From Laetmonice hystrix (lineage: Eukaryota), in assembly GCA_965235115.1 (NCBI GenBank), contig OZ249436.1, positions 45,324,001 to 45,388,000 of the forward strand: DNA of 64,000 bases, written 5' to 3'. Below the pieces are notes generated by a model that was not told where the DNA came from, made no database searches, and saw only the letters and a list, made by a program, of their open reading frames with translations. Shown one piece after another: positions 24,701 to 37,692 of the stretch. The number at the start of each line of letters is the position of its first letter. The first letter of the stretch is position 1. The position numbers and the translations under genes were made by a program.

Positions 24701-26660
24701 ACAATGTTGGATGAATCATGAAACCCCCATGCATTCTCCACCCCAATCTCAGAGTCCTCCTTGATCCATATCATAATGTGTAGGAGCACTTGTAAAAATA
24801 ATGATCGCACCTTTAAGTGTAAGATAAGATATTTGGCAAGCTTGGTTGCACTTTCCAATTACCTGTGTCTAGGGAAAAGAATCAACAATACATGTACAGA
24901 TTGGAGGGAAATACGCAGACGCGAATTGGTCTAAAGTCTGGAATATGTGTCCCAAAAAATGACCCACGTGGGTATGACATAACTAGATATATGCCGCAAC
25001 CTTTTGTTATCAGGAGAATCCCCATATAATGTCAGTCAAATTTCTGTTACAGCCTTGGCTGTTTTAGCAAATCACCTGTGCAGGGGTCAAGATACATTAG
25101 CCAGCCTTGGATGTATTATTCAAACCACTTGTCAAGTGGGTAAAACCACGACTGTCAAACTACCTCTGAATGGGGTAGCACACCACCTGTGAATGGGGTA
25201 AATTGTAGATAGATTTGACAGCCTTGCATGTATTTAAACCACGCGTGTATACGTAAAGCTCGGTCGATAGTTTTGTTCATATTACAAGACCACACATTTT
25301 GACAGCCTTGGCTGTCTAAGTAAATCACATCGCGAAAATGAAATTATATTTGGCAACCTTGGTTGCACCTTGTGAATCACCTGTTTCTAGGGCAAAGATC
25401 AAGGAAATATCCCTACGCGAAATGGCACATAAAATTAACGGTGTTCAGTATTATACCCGTTACTTCCCTTAAAGTAAGCAATGGACTGTGAATCACCTGT
25501 ATCGGGGTAAAGATTGGACATTTGAAACTGTATCAGAGAACCCCATGTATATGAGGCCAAAAGTAAACATTGTGGCAGCCTGGGCCGTCTCCGTCATGAT
25601 TCCTTTAAAACAGCTTTGGCTGTGTTAGTAAACCACCTGTGTGTGGGTAAAAAATAAATATTACATAGCCTTGGCCGTGTTTTCAAACCACCTGTGTATG
25701 GGTAAGAAATAAATATTACACAGCCTTGGCCGTGTTCTCAACCTTTGTATGGGTAAAGGTTAAATGTTACACGGCCTTGGCCATGTTAAACTACCTGTGT
25801 ATGGAGAAATATGAAATATTACACAGCCTCGGCCATTTTAAAATATTACACAGCCTTGGCCGTGTTTTCAAACCACCTGTGTATGGGTAAAGATTAAATA
25901 TTACACAGACTTGGCCGTGTTTTCAAACCACATGTGTTTGGGTTAAAGATTGTAAAACCACCTGTGTATATGGTAAAGATTAAATTTATGTATGAGACGG
26001 CCTTGGCTGTATGTTGACATTCTCTATGTATGGGTGAAAGTGAACTATATCACGCAATCTTGGATGTATTATGAAGCCATCTGTAGGCCTATGTGGAAAA
26101 CCGTTCACAGCCTTGGCTCGTCAGTGAACCAATGTGAAGAGATCAAACAATATATTACCAGATTTAACATAGGATGAAGTGACAAAATTAATTCAGTGAA
26201 AAAAAACCATGTTCTCCACCTCAGTCATTCTTGATACATATCATATGTGTATGGACAATGGCTCATTGCATATATTTGTAGGTAGAAATGGTTGCTGGAT
26301 ATGAGGCACTTTAAAAAAAATGAGAAAAGAAATAATCAATATGCATATTACACAGAAAGACAATCAACGTTACTTTTGCGAGATGGAAACCGAGATACTC
26401 TGAGGGGCTTGAGAAATCCATCTGTGATCCTCTTATAACTGTACCAAATATACAGACATTTTGCCAGCATTCACTAAACCCGCGAAACATTAGTTATATT
26501 CGCAAAAAGTACGCGATTGGGGGAAAATACGCGGATGCGAAATGGCCTTAGCAGGTAGGCAAGGTAGTCCTGCCACGTTGATCTTTGAATTACTGTACCT
26601 GTGCATGGGACAAATATGACATTTTAAACTGAATCACCTGTAGAGGGTAAAGAATTGTTG
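21780..26660. repeat. Degenerate satellite-like region with about 60-bp units (attacacagccttggccgtgttttcaaaccacctgtgtatgggtaaa) in higher-order duplicated blocks
   Basis: Unit clusters at 22.45, 23.5, 24.2 and 25.6 kb; block 22445-22840 recurs at 25045-25400. Confidence 0.85.
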
Positions 26661-29600
26661 AAGATACCATTACCTTATCAATGAAAACATTTGTTTGGAA
26701 ATGGTACCTTGTATAGAAGGAAAGTGTATGTCCACGACCACCTAGCTCCACCTATTCACTCTTGCCGCCTGAACAATATTGTTTTTGTCTGAAGTTAGAG
26801 GCCTAGTGCCAAGTCAACAATCTGAGAGTTTTTACGCGTGTGCACAATTCGCATCGAGATCTGCGTGACAGATTTCTGTATCGCAGTAATCATTTAAGCG
26901 CATTTAGATCATCATCTTTATGTATTCACCAGGGCTATCACTGTCCCTAATGAATACGTCCGTCATTAAATAAGACCAATTTTGGCCTAGTTTCCTTAAA
27001 TGAGATATACCTGGACGTCTCCAGATGTATCTCTAGCTAGTACTAGAAACCGGTCCTACCTGTCGCTGAGGCATGGCACATACTGTCAAACAAAAAAAAC
27101 AACTTTGCAATTCATAGTTCTGAAATTACTTTATCGATTCGATACTACGTTATTGCGCGAACCAGGAGCAAAAACTGTTAAAGCCAGATGAACTCATATA
27201 TACTTGAATCGGTGATAACGTTATCTACATTATTAAAATCAAATTAAGTCAAAAATATTAAAATGCCCCACTTACTGATCCAGTGTCCAGGTGCCGCTTC
27301 TCGTAGCTGATGGGAACCTGGTTGATGGGAGCCTGGTAAATGCCACACGGCATATAAAGTCATGCCACACGGCATATCAGTTCATCAGGCTTATCAGTTC
27401 ATCAGGCTAAAGTCCACCAGGATGCCATACATCCTCGGCTAACAATAAAACACAAATTTCGCAGGTTCATGGGTTCGTATCCATGAGACACCTCACACAC
27501 TCCAGGTAATCCGTGCGGAGAAGGGCAGGAATAACACGCACAGATGGCAGCACATGTCACGCGCCGTGTCAGGGTTAGGTCATTATACCTCAGACATGGC
27601 GTCCTCAGCGAAACGCTTGCTCGAAAACCTAAGGGTAAAAAAGGACAAGCATATGGAAAAGTAAAGAGTCTTCCAGTCTCGCTAGGTCTAGGGCGAGTTC
27701 AAGAGATATAGAAAGTAGGCTTTACAATCACTTTTGTGTAAATGTCGCTGCCCAGAGTAGTTGGGCGATTAAATCTGAGCCTTGATACATTGGCTGGGCA
27801 AGAGTAGCTAACATGTCACATTACACCACTGGACAAAAGTATCTAGGAGGTCACATTGCATTTCTGGGCAATAGTATCTAAGATGCCACATTACATGACT
27901 GGGCAATATCTTTAGCCACGTTACAGTGGCTGTGCAGTGACATGGTCAATCCACAACGGATGACGGTATAGTCGTCATCCAACCTACTTTGAACAAACAT
28001 TATGAATTCTTACCTTAATGTACATTTATAATTAGGTACATCTTGTGCGATAACCCTGAAGCCCTTCTCCAGATAACTGCACGGGGAGCGAGGAGATGAT
28101 CCAGGAAAAATCCCTGCAAATCCAAAACCGAAAGTTCAGCTTTGCAGACTTGCAGAAAAAGAAATATCACAATACAGTAGTTTGTACCTAAAAATGTGTT
28201 TGGCCTTGAAACTACAAATAAGACCAAAATTAAAATACAACACAATTACAATTATAACCCGGTTCATATCCTGATGTTACACTAAACAGGGAATGTTACA
28301 CTGAATTCCGTGAGATAATTCCCATCCTTGATTTTCCCCCGATAATTTACCACTGCAATACCGTAGATATATGTATATACAGACATCTAGCGCCACCTGT
28401 ACATTAATTTGTCAGCCCGGAACTTCACTGGACATTTTGAGAGCTGAAGGGCCCCAAAAAACACCCCTGTAGCTAGGGGCATATTAATTTACGAACAGCT
28501 TCCCGAGAGTTGTACAGGGCTGTAAAACCACATGCCGTTATAGGTAGTGACCATCGTTTACAGTTTGTCAAGAAAGGAGGCGTAATGTAACGAGAAAAAG
28601 AAATCAAACTACATTAAGGCATATTAAATATACCCAACAACCAAAGCAAGAATACAACTTGGCATGTGGCATTATCTTGCAATGTACGAATGTAAGGAAA
28701 GCAAGTGCAAAGAAGCACATTGTATACTCGGTCTGCTTTGTAACATTCACCAATTCGGACAGAATAAACAAGTACGCATAATGTCTCAAGTTTGCGGATA
28801 ATACCTGAAAGACTATAGAACTGTATTTTTGGGTTGGTTGGTGTGTATACTTCAAGCGCCTCATAAGTGTGTATTCTGCACAACTTACTGTATTGATCTA
28901 TGACTGCAGGCTGGTCGTTTTAGTAGTGCATATCACAGCAGCCAATACACCAGAGTATGCAAGACCTGAACCGTTCGACTCAGGAAAGTCTGCAATAAAT
29001 AGAATAAATAAATTTCAGACTTAGTTAAACTGGTACCCTAACTCAGTGGAACTCGAAAAGATTTGGGCCGTTCAAATTTTTCCAGTAGTGTACGCAGTCG
29101 TACAGAATCAACTAAATCCAGTGGAATTCTCCAAGACCAAACCCCATAAGGTAGAAACGTTGATTTCTTTTGCAAATCTTGAGTTGGTCATAAATGAGTA
29201 AGCAAGACTTCCCAATTCATTTGAATTTTTCAAACGGTTGCACAAACATTTTCAATTGTTTAAGATAAGAACCGAAATTTACACAAGCATGTTTTCGCAC
29301 GTTCCCCTTCTACCTATCGAGTAACCGAGGAAATGATTATCTTTCCTTTTTATCCAGTCAACATTTTTACGTACCATGCCGATAATTCTCTGCCGCAATT
29401 CCTTGCTGATAACATTTCATTCGCACACGTGTACAGTCGTCTCTCGAATGAGCACAGCTGAACTTAAAATAACTCTTTTATACCACACAGCGTTCTCAAG
29501 AGCCAATCTGATTGGACTGCTTGTCCAAGGGATGTCAACACACTTCGTGCCACGATCCGTACCACATTGCAGGTTCAAGGTTGTCAAGGCCTTGTTTCCA

Positions 29601-30388
29601 GCGATTTGTGCATTGCGAACGCACATGGTTTGTTTGGTAGCAATGCCAGTCACGGTTCGTTGGGTACTCAGGAGTAGAATGCGAGTGCACGTGACTTGTT
29701 TGGTAGCTAAAACACACACCCATCCCACAATGCACCCTGCGGTTGCAATACGAAAATCGCTTATTATATTGCACGGATCCATGCGTAATTTCAGCCCACC
29801 TTTTTTATTATACTTTGTGATTCAATTCCACCATTTTGCGTAAAGACAAATTATTACAATGACTATCTCTCATTAAAAAAAACAACACGAAAATCCTGAA
29901 ATTGGGGGGGGGGGGGGGATGCTGTCGAACCCCGACTGCCCGGTTGATTCACGATCGAGTACCTGAATTGAGATGCTAAAAATAAGGTCCCTATTATTAA
30001 TTGGTGCATACTAAGCTCACGTACATAGATCAAATGCATCTAGACCTATTTCCACCCCACTGCCCCAGACTAAAGCGATTCTGTTCTCAAAACAGTTAAA
30101 GGGGGCCAGCTACATATTATCTTAAAAACATTCCAACTATTTTCGCTATAGCTACCTGCATATTTGTAAATTCATCTCCAGATGCCAATCATATTTGGCA
30201 GAATATCGCTTTGTAGGCCTAACCTGTCGTATAAACACCGGTTTCAATATATCGGGGTCATGTATGGCATCGGTTTTGGCAGCAGTAGTCATGACTAAAC
30301 ACCGAAACCGAGCGAATTTACCTAAACCTACTTTGGCATATACCAACACCGACCTATTTTTAACCATGATTCTTGGAAGACAGAGAGA

Positions 30389-30637
30389 GGTGGGTATTTG
30401 GGGTTTTACGCCTTGCAACAGCCAGGGTCATATCACGGCGGTGAAGATGATGATGAAAGTCAGTTTTTCTTGGTGGAGGAAACCGGAGTACCCGGAGGAA
30501 ACCACCGACCATCGGGAAGGAACTGACTGACAAACCTTTCACACATGCAGCCCAGGCCGGGGATCGAACCCGGATCGCAGCGGTGTGAGGCGATGGTCCT
30601 AGGCGTCATGAGCCAACACCTTAGACCATTCGGCCAG
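30389..30637 (-). mobile_element. tRNA-derived SINE
   Basis: Minus strand: A box TGGCCGAATGG, B box GGTTCGATCCC, core GGTTTCCTCCGGGTACTCCGGTTTCCTCC; its 3' tail recurs at 51417-51495. Confidence 0.85.
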
Positions 30638-32614
30638 ACAGAGAGAGACGGAGAGAGACAGAGAGATACAGAAAGAGGCATGGACAAATAGGCAGACAGG
30701 CAGACAGAACAGACGGACGGAGATAACAAAAAGGATAAAAGCAAAGCCGACTGCAATATAGATCTACTTGTATCGTATAACATAGTGCATAGGCATATTG
30801 GTTAGAGAGATCACATTTTACGTACTTCACATTTCGAATTAATTTATTCTAGACGAATAAAGGGATATACATGTACAAAGATATGAGGTCAACATAATAC
30901 ATGTATACCACCTCTCAAGGCGCCCTCTATCGTGGAGTTGCCACCTAGCGGCACATAGCCGACACACAGCTGGCTGCACTCGGAACACCGACGCTGCTTC
31001 TGATTGGCTGTTTCTAGGTCATATCCGGAGGCGAAGCAGGCCTCGGATGTATGAAGCGGCCATTTTCCCGTTTTTCGTGCAAAGTAGTGTAAAGCGGTCG
31101 CACATGAACACAGAGAGTAAATAGTCGACCCCTACGCACAGGCACATAGGCCTAGTTCAAATATAATTTCTCAGCATACCTGTACCTCGAATTTTCTATC
31201 GTGGAGACAAAACAGTCTCTTCTTCACCTGGGAGGAAACCCAGATATTCTGACTTTGTATAAAGTCCGACACTAGGGAGTTCCACATTTTCGGCACGGCG
31301 GCAGCGCGCGAGTTTGTTGTTTACATCCGGGTCAGCGGTCCCGACCTAGCCACCCACCCACCCCACCCCCCAGCATGGGAACCTTCGTCGTACAGCCGAG
31401 ATATGACGGAGTCAATCGTGGGTGAGCCGAGTGAGCTGGCTGCACTCGGCGCTACCTCGACAGATGGCAGATCATCCGAACCCACCGGAAGGTGGCGGAC
31501 CTTCCCGAGGCTGTCTTGCTGTCGATGGACTGACGGGAGGCCATTTGTACGAAAGATACACACAGATATAATAACGAATAGCCTTACTAGTAAAATCATA
31601 TCACAACAGAAATTCAGAGAGGGAGGTAGGGGATGGAAGAAGGGAGAAAAGAAAGGATCGGATTGTTTTATGCCATAGTGCCTGCCGGACTCTACGGCCA
31701 TGCTGGAACTGCCGACATGTACGCTGACGATATAGATCTACTTGTATCTCATAACATAGCAGTGCACAGGCCTTTTGTTTGAAGATACCAGAGATATTCA
31801 AACATGTGTCCATAGCAAACAAGACATAGCTCATGGACATGGTTACGATCCTCAACCCTATACCATCTCTTATAGGCCTACCTTGTAGGCCTACCATCAG
31901 GTCATTACTCCTTAGATCTACCAACGCCAGTCTCTATACGACCAATTACCCATATCTGCCAAAGTCCCTGCTATTTTAAACGATATAATTTTTTTCAGGC
32001 AATGTATTTTCCTAATTATTGCTTGATTTGCTGAGGTGTCCACATAGGTGGGCATCTCGTCTCCAAATTTCATCAAGATATCTCAAAAACTCACCGAGTT
32101 ATAAGTATTGCCTTACAACTACCTAAATGACACACAACCGTGCAAGATGTTGAAAAAAAACATATTCCCGTTCCACATGAGGGAACGAGCGGAATTCAGA
32201 AATGTCGGGTTTCCCAAGGTATGGTATCAGAATAATAGTCTAGAAAAAAATATGCTCTTCTGAACTTTTCTATTTGTGGATGGCCCGGTTTTGTATATAA
32301 TATAGTGACTCAAGGTTTCTGGACACCAGGACTGGTGTCTTCTTACACCGAGGCATCGAGACAGGATATCTAAAGAGGCCTATTATGTCAGTGTTGGGAG
32401 GACGCCTTTTAGAGGCGTGTATGATATAGGAGTTCTTTTACGCACTGATCTTCCGTACTTGAGATTTGGAATTAACTTTTATAGACAAAAGATACGTTGT
32501 GGTGATATCACAATGGATCCCATCCCCGGGGTGTCCCGCCCAACATGTTAAGAGAAACGATAACAATGGTGCTATCATGCACCCGTGACGACTTATAAGC
32601 CTTAGAAGATGCAA

Positions 32615-34815
32615 ATAATGTCATGATGACAAATGAAAGAGCATAACTTCCTATTAGTGTTTAATAGTAACTCTATGTTCTAACTTTGACCTCACTGACT
32701 TTGCTTGTCTCCAAGTTTATAAATCCATGGTCCTTCCGTATATCGAATATGGTGATTTCTTATATAGTGGTACAAACGGACAACTACTGGACAAATTGCA
32801 ACGCATCCAAAACAGAGGACTTAAACTGTGCTTTAGACTCCCTCAAATAACAGGTACCCTAGATATTCACCGAAAGGCCAAACTCAATTTTTTCAAAGAC
32901 AGGAGAGATTCACACTTATTAACTTTAATGTTCCATCTAAGTAATGACCCAGACTATGTTGACAATAGAGAAATTCATACCAGGCTTCATGATCATAAAA
33001 CTCTGATTGTACAGCATCCCAAAAATGCTCTTTTCACCAAAAGCGTTTGTTTCAGAGGAGGATACCTGTGGAACAACTTAGATCTCATCGATAAACAGAT
33101 AACAACTATTGAACGTTTTAAACGTAGACAAAAGGAGAGGTTAAAGAACAAACTGGCATGAAACCACTTTTTATACAGATAGACCTTGCATATTGAATCC
33201 GCCTACTTGTAGTCATAATATCATCGCATTATCATCTCATTTTGCCACAATAATATTTTTTGTGTGCTTTCCTGTTTAGCATCATCTACTTAAAAAAATT
33301 ATACTTTGTAAAGTTGATAAATGGTAAATTTTTGGGACTGGGCAGTTTTGAAAACCGGTATCACATATATGTACCGAAAACTTCTCAGTATAAATAAAGG
33401 AATGAAAAAAAACCCTCAACCATTAACAAGTTATATCTATGAGAAAATATGAATGGCATCGTTATGACGTCGTAGGTCACGTGACGTAAAGAATAATGGT
33501 CCCAAATGTCCCATTAGTGTCTAAAGTAACCATGGCTCTAACAATTACAAGTTATATCCCTGAGAAAATCGTTATGACGTCATAGGTCACATGACCTGAG
33601 AAATAATGGTGCCAAATGAAAGAGCATATGACTTCCTATTAGTGTTTAATAGTAACTATGGCTCTAACTTCAACCATTTACAAGTTATATCCCTGAGAAA
33701 GTATGGATGACATCGTTATGAGGTCACGTGACCTGAAAAATAATGGCGCCAAAGAGCATATAGGACTTCCTATTCGTCTTCAATAGTAACTATGACCCTA
33801 TCTGGCACTGTTTAGAAGTTGTTGCCATAGATTGCTAAACTGACCACTGTTGAAAACTTCAAGGTCACGTGATTCAGCGAATATAGGTCAAATCGCTTCT
33901 CCTTGGATGATTTTATTAAAGCACTTGTTAGAGAGTGTTCCTGCCCAATATTGTCAATTTTTACCCCCCCCCCCCAAAAAAGAAGAAGAAGAAGAAGAAG
34001 AAGAAGAAGAAGAAGAAGAAGAACCGATTTAACCAATTTGTCAGGTGAGGCCCATTTCTCCCAAAGGTCAAAGGTCAAAGGTCAAATGAAGGCTTAATTT
34101 TAAGCATGAACCATGCCTGATTAGAGCACGATGATGGGTTTTGGAAATTCACAATGTGAGCTTAAAAAATGGCCTTAATGTACAAATCACCTTTGACGTC
34201 ATGACGTCATGACTGATTGTATGACCTGTCTTTGTCATGGTCAAGATGTGTATTCATGAACAATTATGGCTCTGTCTTAAATCTTTCAAGAGTTACAGCC
34301 AGGAATCTTCCAAATGACCTAACTTTAAACTTTGCAGGTCACGTGGTTTAGCGAAAATAGGTTAAATCCTTAAAAATAAGAGTGCCAAACGAAAGATCAT
34401 ATCACTTCCTATTTGTGTACAATAATAAACATGGTCCTTTATGAGTCTTCGAGTTATAGCCATAGATATCTAAACTGGGCTCTGTTCAAAAGTTCAATGT
34501 CACGTGACTCCGCGAAAACAGGTCAAATCGCCTATCCTTAGATAATTATTAAAAAGCTCTTGTCAGAGAGTCTTTCTGCCAAATATAGTCAAGTTTTATC
34601 AAAAAATAAAGAAGAAGTAGGGATTTAATCGATTTACGGTCCAGGACCCAGTTCTCCCTAAGGTCAAAGGTCAAAGGTCAAACTAAAGGTCAGTCTTTGG
34701 CAAGATCCTTGCCTAATCTAAACGCCTTGATACATATTGTACATTCCCAATACGAACTTTAAAAATGTTCCCAATGTCCCAAAAATTTGACGTCATGATG
34801 TTACGTGTTTTTGTA
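32615..34815. repeat. Complex interspersed repeat with internal subrepeats (acttcctattagtgtttaatagtaac, ggtcacgtgac, aggtcaaaggtcaaaggtca) and (GAA)n; host of the LINE insertion
   Basis: Subrepeats recur several times; block 33830-34100 recurs at 34465-34690. Confidence 0.65.
32715..33412 (+). mobile_element. 5'-truncated LINE 3' end (C-terminal ORF2 region downstream of the RT core, CR1/L2-like)
   Basis: YKSMVLPYIEYGDFLY...LDKLQRIQNRGLK...KSVCFRGGYLWNNL; stop at 33161, then AATAAA and an A-run at about 33392-33412. Confidence 0.75.
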
Positions 34816-35389
34816 GTTCGATGATATTGCATGTAGGGTGAAGGCTTGAGTGGTTCATGCCCTAGTAATGGGCTCGAGGTGTGGCCGAGGGAGTATTTGG
34901 GGCATGAAACACGAGGGCGTGCCTGCCAAATGCACTATCTAAAACAAATTATAACATTTTAAAAGCTGTAATTTCAGCAGTGCCACCATGAGATGACGAG
35001 CAATTAGTAGGATATAAAACCATCTGTGCCATGAACATGTGATTCAGCAATCTGACACTTAACCACTTCCCTCCCGGCCCACGCCTCATTGCTTCCCGGC
35101 CCACGCCTCATTGCTTCCCGGCCCACGCCTCATTGCTTCCCGGCCCACGCCTCATTCCTTCCCGGCCCACGCCTCATTCCTTCCCGGCCCACGCCTCTAA
35201 CGCAGTAAATTTCAATCCAAGTAACAGGTGGTGTGGGTGGGATGTAAAAACGCAACACCTAAACTGGGGCGTGGTTAAGAAAGCAATGGTTCATACATCT
35301 TTTATTATGTCTTTGCAATGTTCATACATTTATATCTAGATCGGATTCTGAAGCGGGTAGGAACATACTGAATTCCATTCGTGAATAGC

Positions 35390-36805
35390 ATGTGTGCCTG
35401 TAGCGAACATTCACCGTTAAATTCACGGAAAAGCATAACAGGGGGAATATGGAAGCAACTATTGCCATCATTGATAGTTTGTGCAAGTGGAGTGCCGTAT
35501 GGCCAAGTTGAAGCGTTCACGGCAGTCAGTGGGCTAGTCATGGTAGACGAAGGAATGGTCACGCTTGACCAGCTCTACGTCTTCGCCTCCAGCTCTAGGA
35601 TCGGTGTGTCACTGGGATGTGCCATCGGAGTACCACTCCTGGATGGTTTTGGACGTAAACTCACTAACATCATCTTATCCTTCAGCTGCGCCTTTGGCTG
35701 GGCACTGATAGCAGCCTCCACCAACATCACCGTGCTCTATGTGGGCCGGATACTGACTGGAGTTGGAGGTGGACTCTATAACACTTCTGGCTATATGTAT
35801 ATCTGTGAAACAACTACAGGACGATGGAGAGGTATCCTGGCCATAGTTGCTGATGTTATGATATCTGGGGGTACTCTAGTCAACCTGACAGTTGGTGCCT
35901 TCATTCCATGGCGATACCTAGCCCTCATTGGAGCCGTCATTTCTACCGCCTCCCTTCTTGGCACACTCAGATTGCCAGAATCACCGAGGTGGCTTCTGTT
36001 AAAGGATCGAAAGGAGGAAGCTCTTGCAGCGCTCATAGAGCTACGAGGGCGTCATGTGGATATCGACGAGGAGTTCAACGAAATGAAATCATCCGCCGAT
36101 TCTGCTCTCTCCTCTACCTCAAAATTCTGGCGTCACAATTTCAGAGAACCAGGTTTATATAAACCAGCCATAATTTCCCTCGCTGTTTCTATTGTGTACC
36201 ATGCAACCGGGCTATCCGTCATTATGGCCTATTATGACGTCATCATCAATCGTCTGGGCTGGAATGGTGACGTTTGGATGCTGGCGATTACGTTTGGCGT
36301 TGCTCAGTTTGCAGCGGGGCTCCTGGCCTTTTTCGTAATCGACAAGATAGGTAGACGTCCCATCATCATCGTTTCGTTGTTTATACTGACGATGAGCTAT
36401 GCCACCTTGGGATTTCTTTGCTACTTCAAAAATTCTCTTCATCCGACAGCCATGAGGTGGGCGTCCCTCGTTTGTCTGGTTGCATGCAGCGTTTCCTTCC
36501 GGATGGGCGTTGGTCCTGCGACACCTTTGGTCAGAACTGAAATAGTACCAAACAAAAGTCGAGCATTCATAGTCAGCGTGTCACTGGTTGCTTCAAATGT
36601 GTTTGCATTCGTCCTGACCCAGAGCTACCCTTACCTGAGTATCATAATGCCAGATTCTGTTGCATTTTGGATTATTGCTGCAATGAATCTAATCTCAATG
36701 ATCGTTATGTTCGTATTGGTACCAGAAACGAAAGACAAGTCAATAGAACAGATAGAGACCATGTTCTCCGGAGTGAGCTATGAGAAGTTAGTTAATCACT
36801 ACTGA
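35390..36805 (+). CDS. Intronless MFS sugar porter, facilitated trehalose transporter Tret1/GLUT8-like, copy 2 (471 aa from first ATG)
   Basis: Sugar porter motifs DGFGRK, GRILTGVGGG, YICE...RGIL, PESPRWL, IDKIGRR, PETKDKSIEQI; about 12 hydrophobic segments. Confidence 0.9.
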   Translation: MCACSEHSPLNSRKSITGGIWKQLLPSLIVCASGVPYGQVEAFTAVSGLVMVDEGMVTLDQLYVFASSSRIGVSLGCAIGVPLLDGFGRKLTNIILSFSCAFGWALIAASTNITVLYVGRILTGVGGGLYNTSGYMYICETTTGRWRGILAIVADVMISGGTLVNLTVGAFIPWRYLALIGAVISTASLLGTLRLPESPRWLLLKDRKEEALAALIELRGRHVDIDEEFNEMKSSADSALSSTSKFWRHNFREPGLYKPAIISLAVSIVYHATGLSVIMAYYDVIINRLGWNGDVWMLAITFGVAQFAAGLLAFFVIDKIGRRPIIIVSLFILTMSYATLGFLCYFKNSLHPTAMRWASLVCLVACSVSFRMGVGPATPLVRTEIVPNKSRAFIVSVSLVASNVFAFVLTQSYPYLSIIMPDSVAFWIIAAMNLISMIVMFVLVPETKDKSIEQIETMFSGVSYEKLVNHY

Positions 36806-37303
36806 ATGCTTGTTGACAATGAAGTTGAATTTGGAGTCTGACAAGCATTATACTGTATGTTGGTCGATTATGTCGACACTCCAGCCATGACCAGTAACTC
36901 TATGAAACAAGTGACCTTTCTCCGAATATATTATCATGCGATATTCCATTTTATCCTGCATAAAGACCGGTGGTGTTGGGTATAGATCTAGGCAATGGCA
37001 TTTCAATGTGTGTAATCATAAATAATCGATTTCTTCAGTTTAAAAAGTTCTGTCTGGCTGTGCACGAAGTTATACAATTACTTATATGTATGTACCCTGA
37101 TAAGGCAATAAATATCTAATGTTCATTATAAATCATTCTGAACATTATGTCCTGTTTGACAATTTCCAGCATGTCATAGCTATATCATTTTACATTATTC
37201 TATAAACGGGAATATAAAATGAGAAAGACACATAATTGTGGTGGCAGGTACATGTTTGAAACATGCAGTCACGTCAGTCTGGAAGTATCCCTGCGCAGTT
37301 CTT

Positions 37304-37317
37304 AGAGACAGGGAGAT

Positions 37318-37354
<37 letters not shown>

Positions 37355-37590
37355 CAGAGAGAGAGAGAGAGGGAGAGGCAGAGAGGCAGAGAAAGAGAGA
37401 GACGGCGGAGACGGGGAAATAGAGCAGAGACAGGGAGATAGTGACAGACAGAGATGGATGAAACAGACAGACAGACAGACAGAGAGATAGCGGAGACAGA
37501 AAGAGAGAGAGATGGAGAGAGAGATGGAGAGACAGAGAGATGGAGAGAGAGATGGAGAGAAAGAGATGGAGAGGGAGATGGAGAGAGAGA

Positions 37591-37654
<64 letters not shown>

Positions 37655-37692
37655 GAGAGAGAGAGAGAGAGACGGCGAAGTCAGAGACAGAG
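37304..37692. repeat. GA-rich microsatellite (similar tracts at 30635-30720, 48590-48685, 51970-52202)
   Basis: Direct reading. Confidence 0.97.

Noticed and set aside
30540..30637. Possible tRNA gene
   Set aside because: The A and B boxes are followed by a SINE core and a tail that recurs at 51.4 kb; no clean cloverleaf
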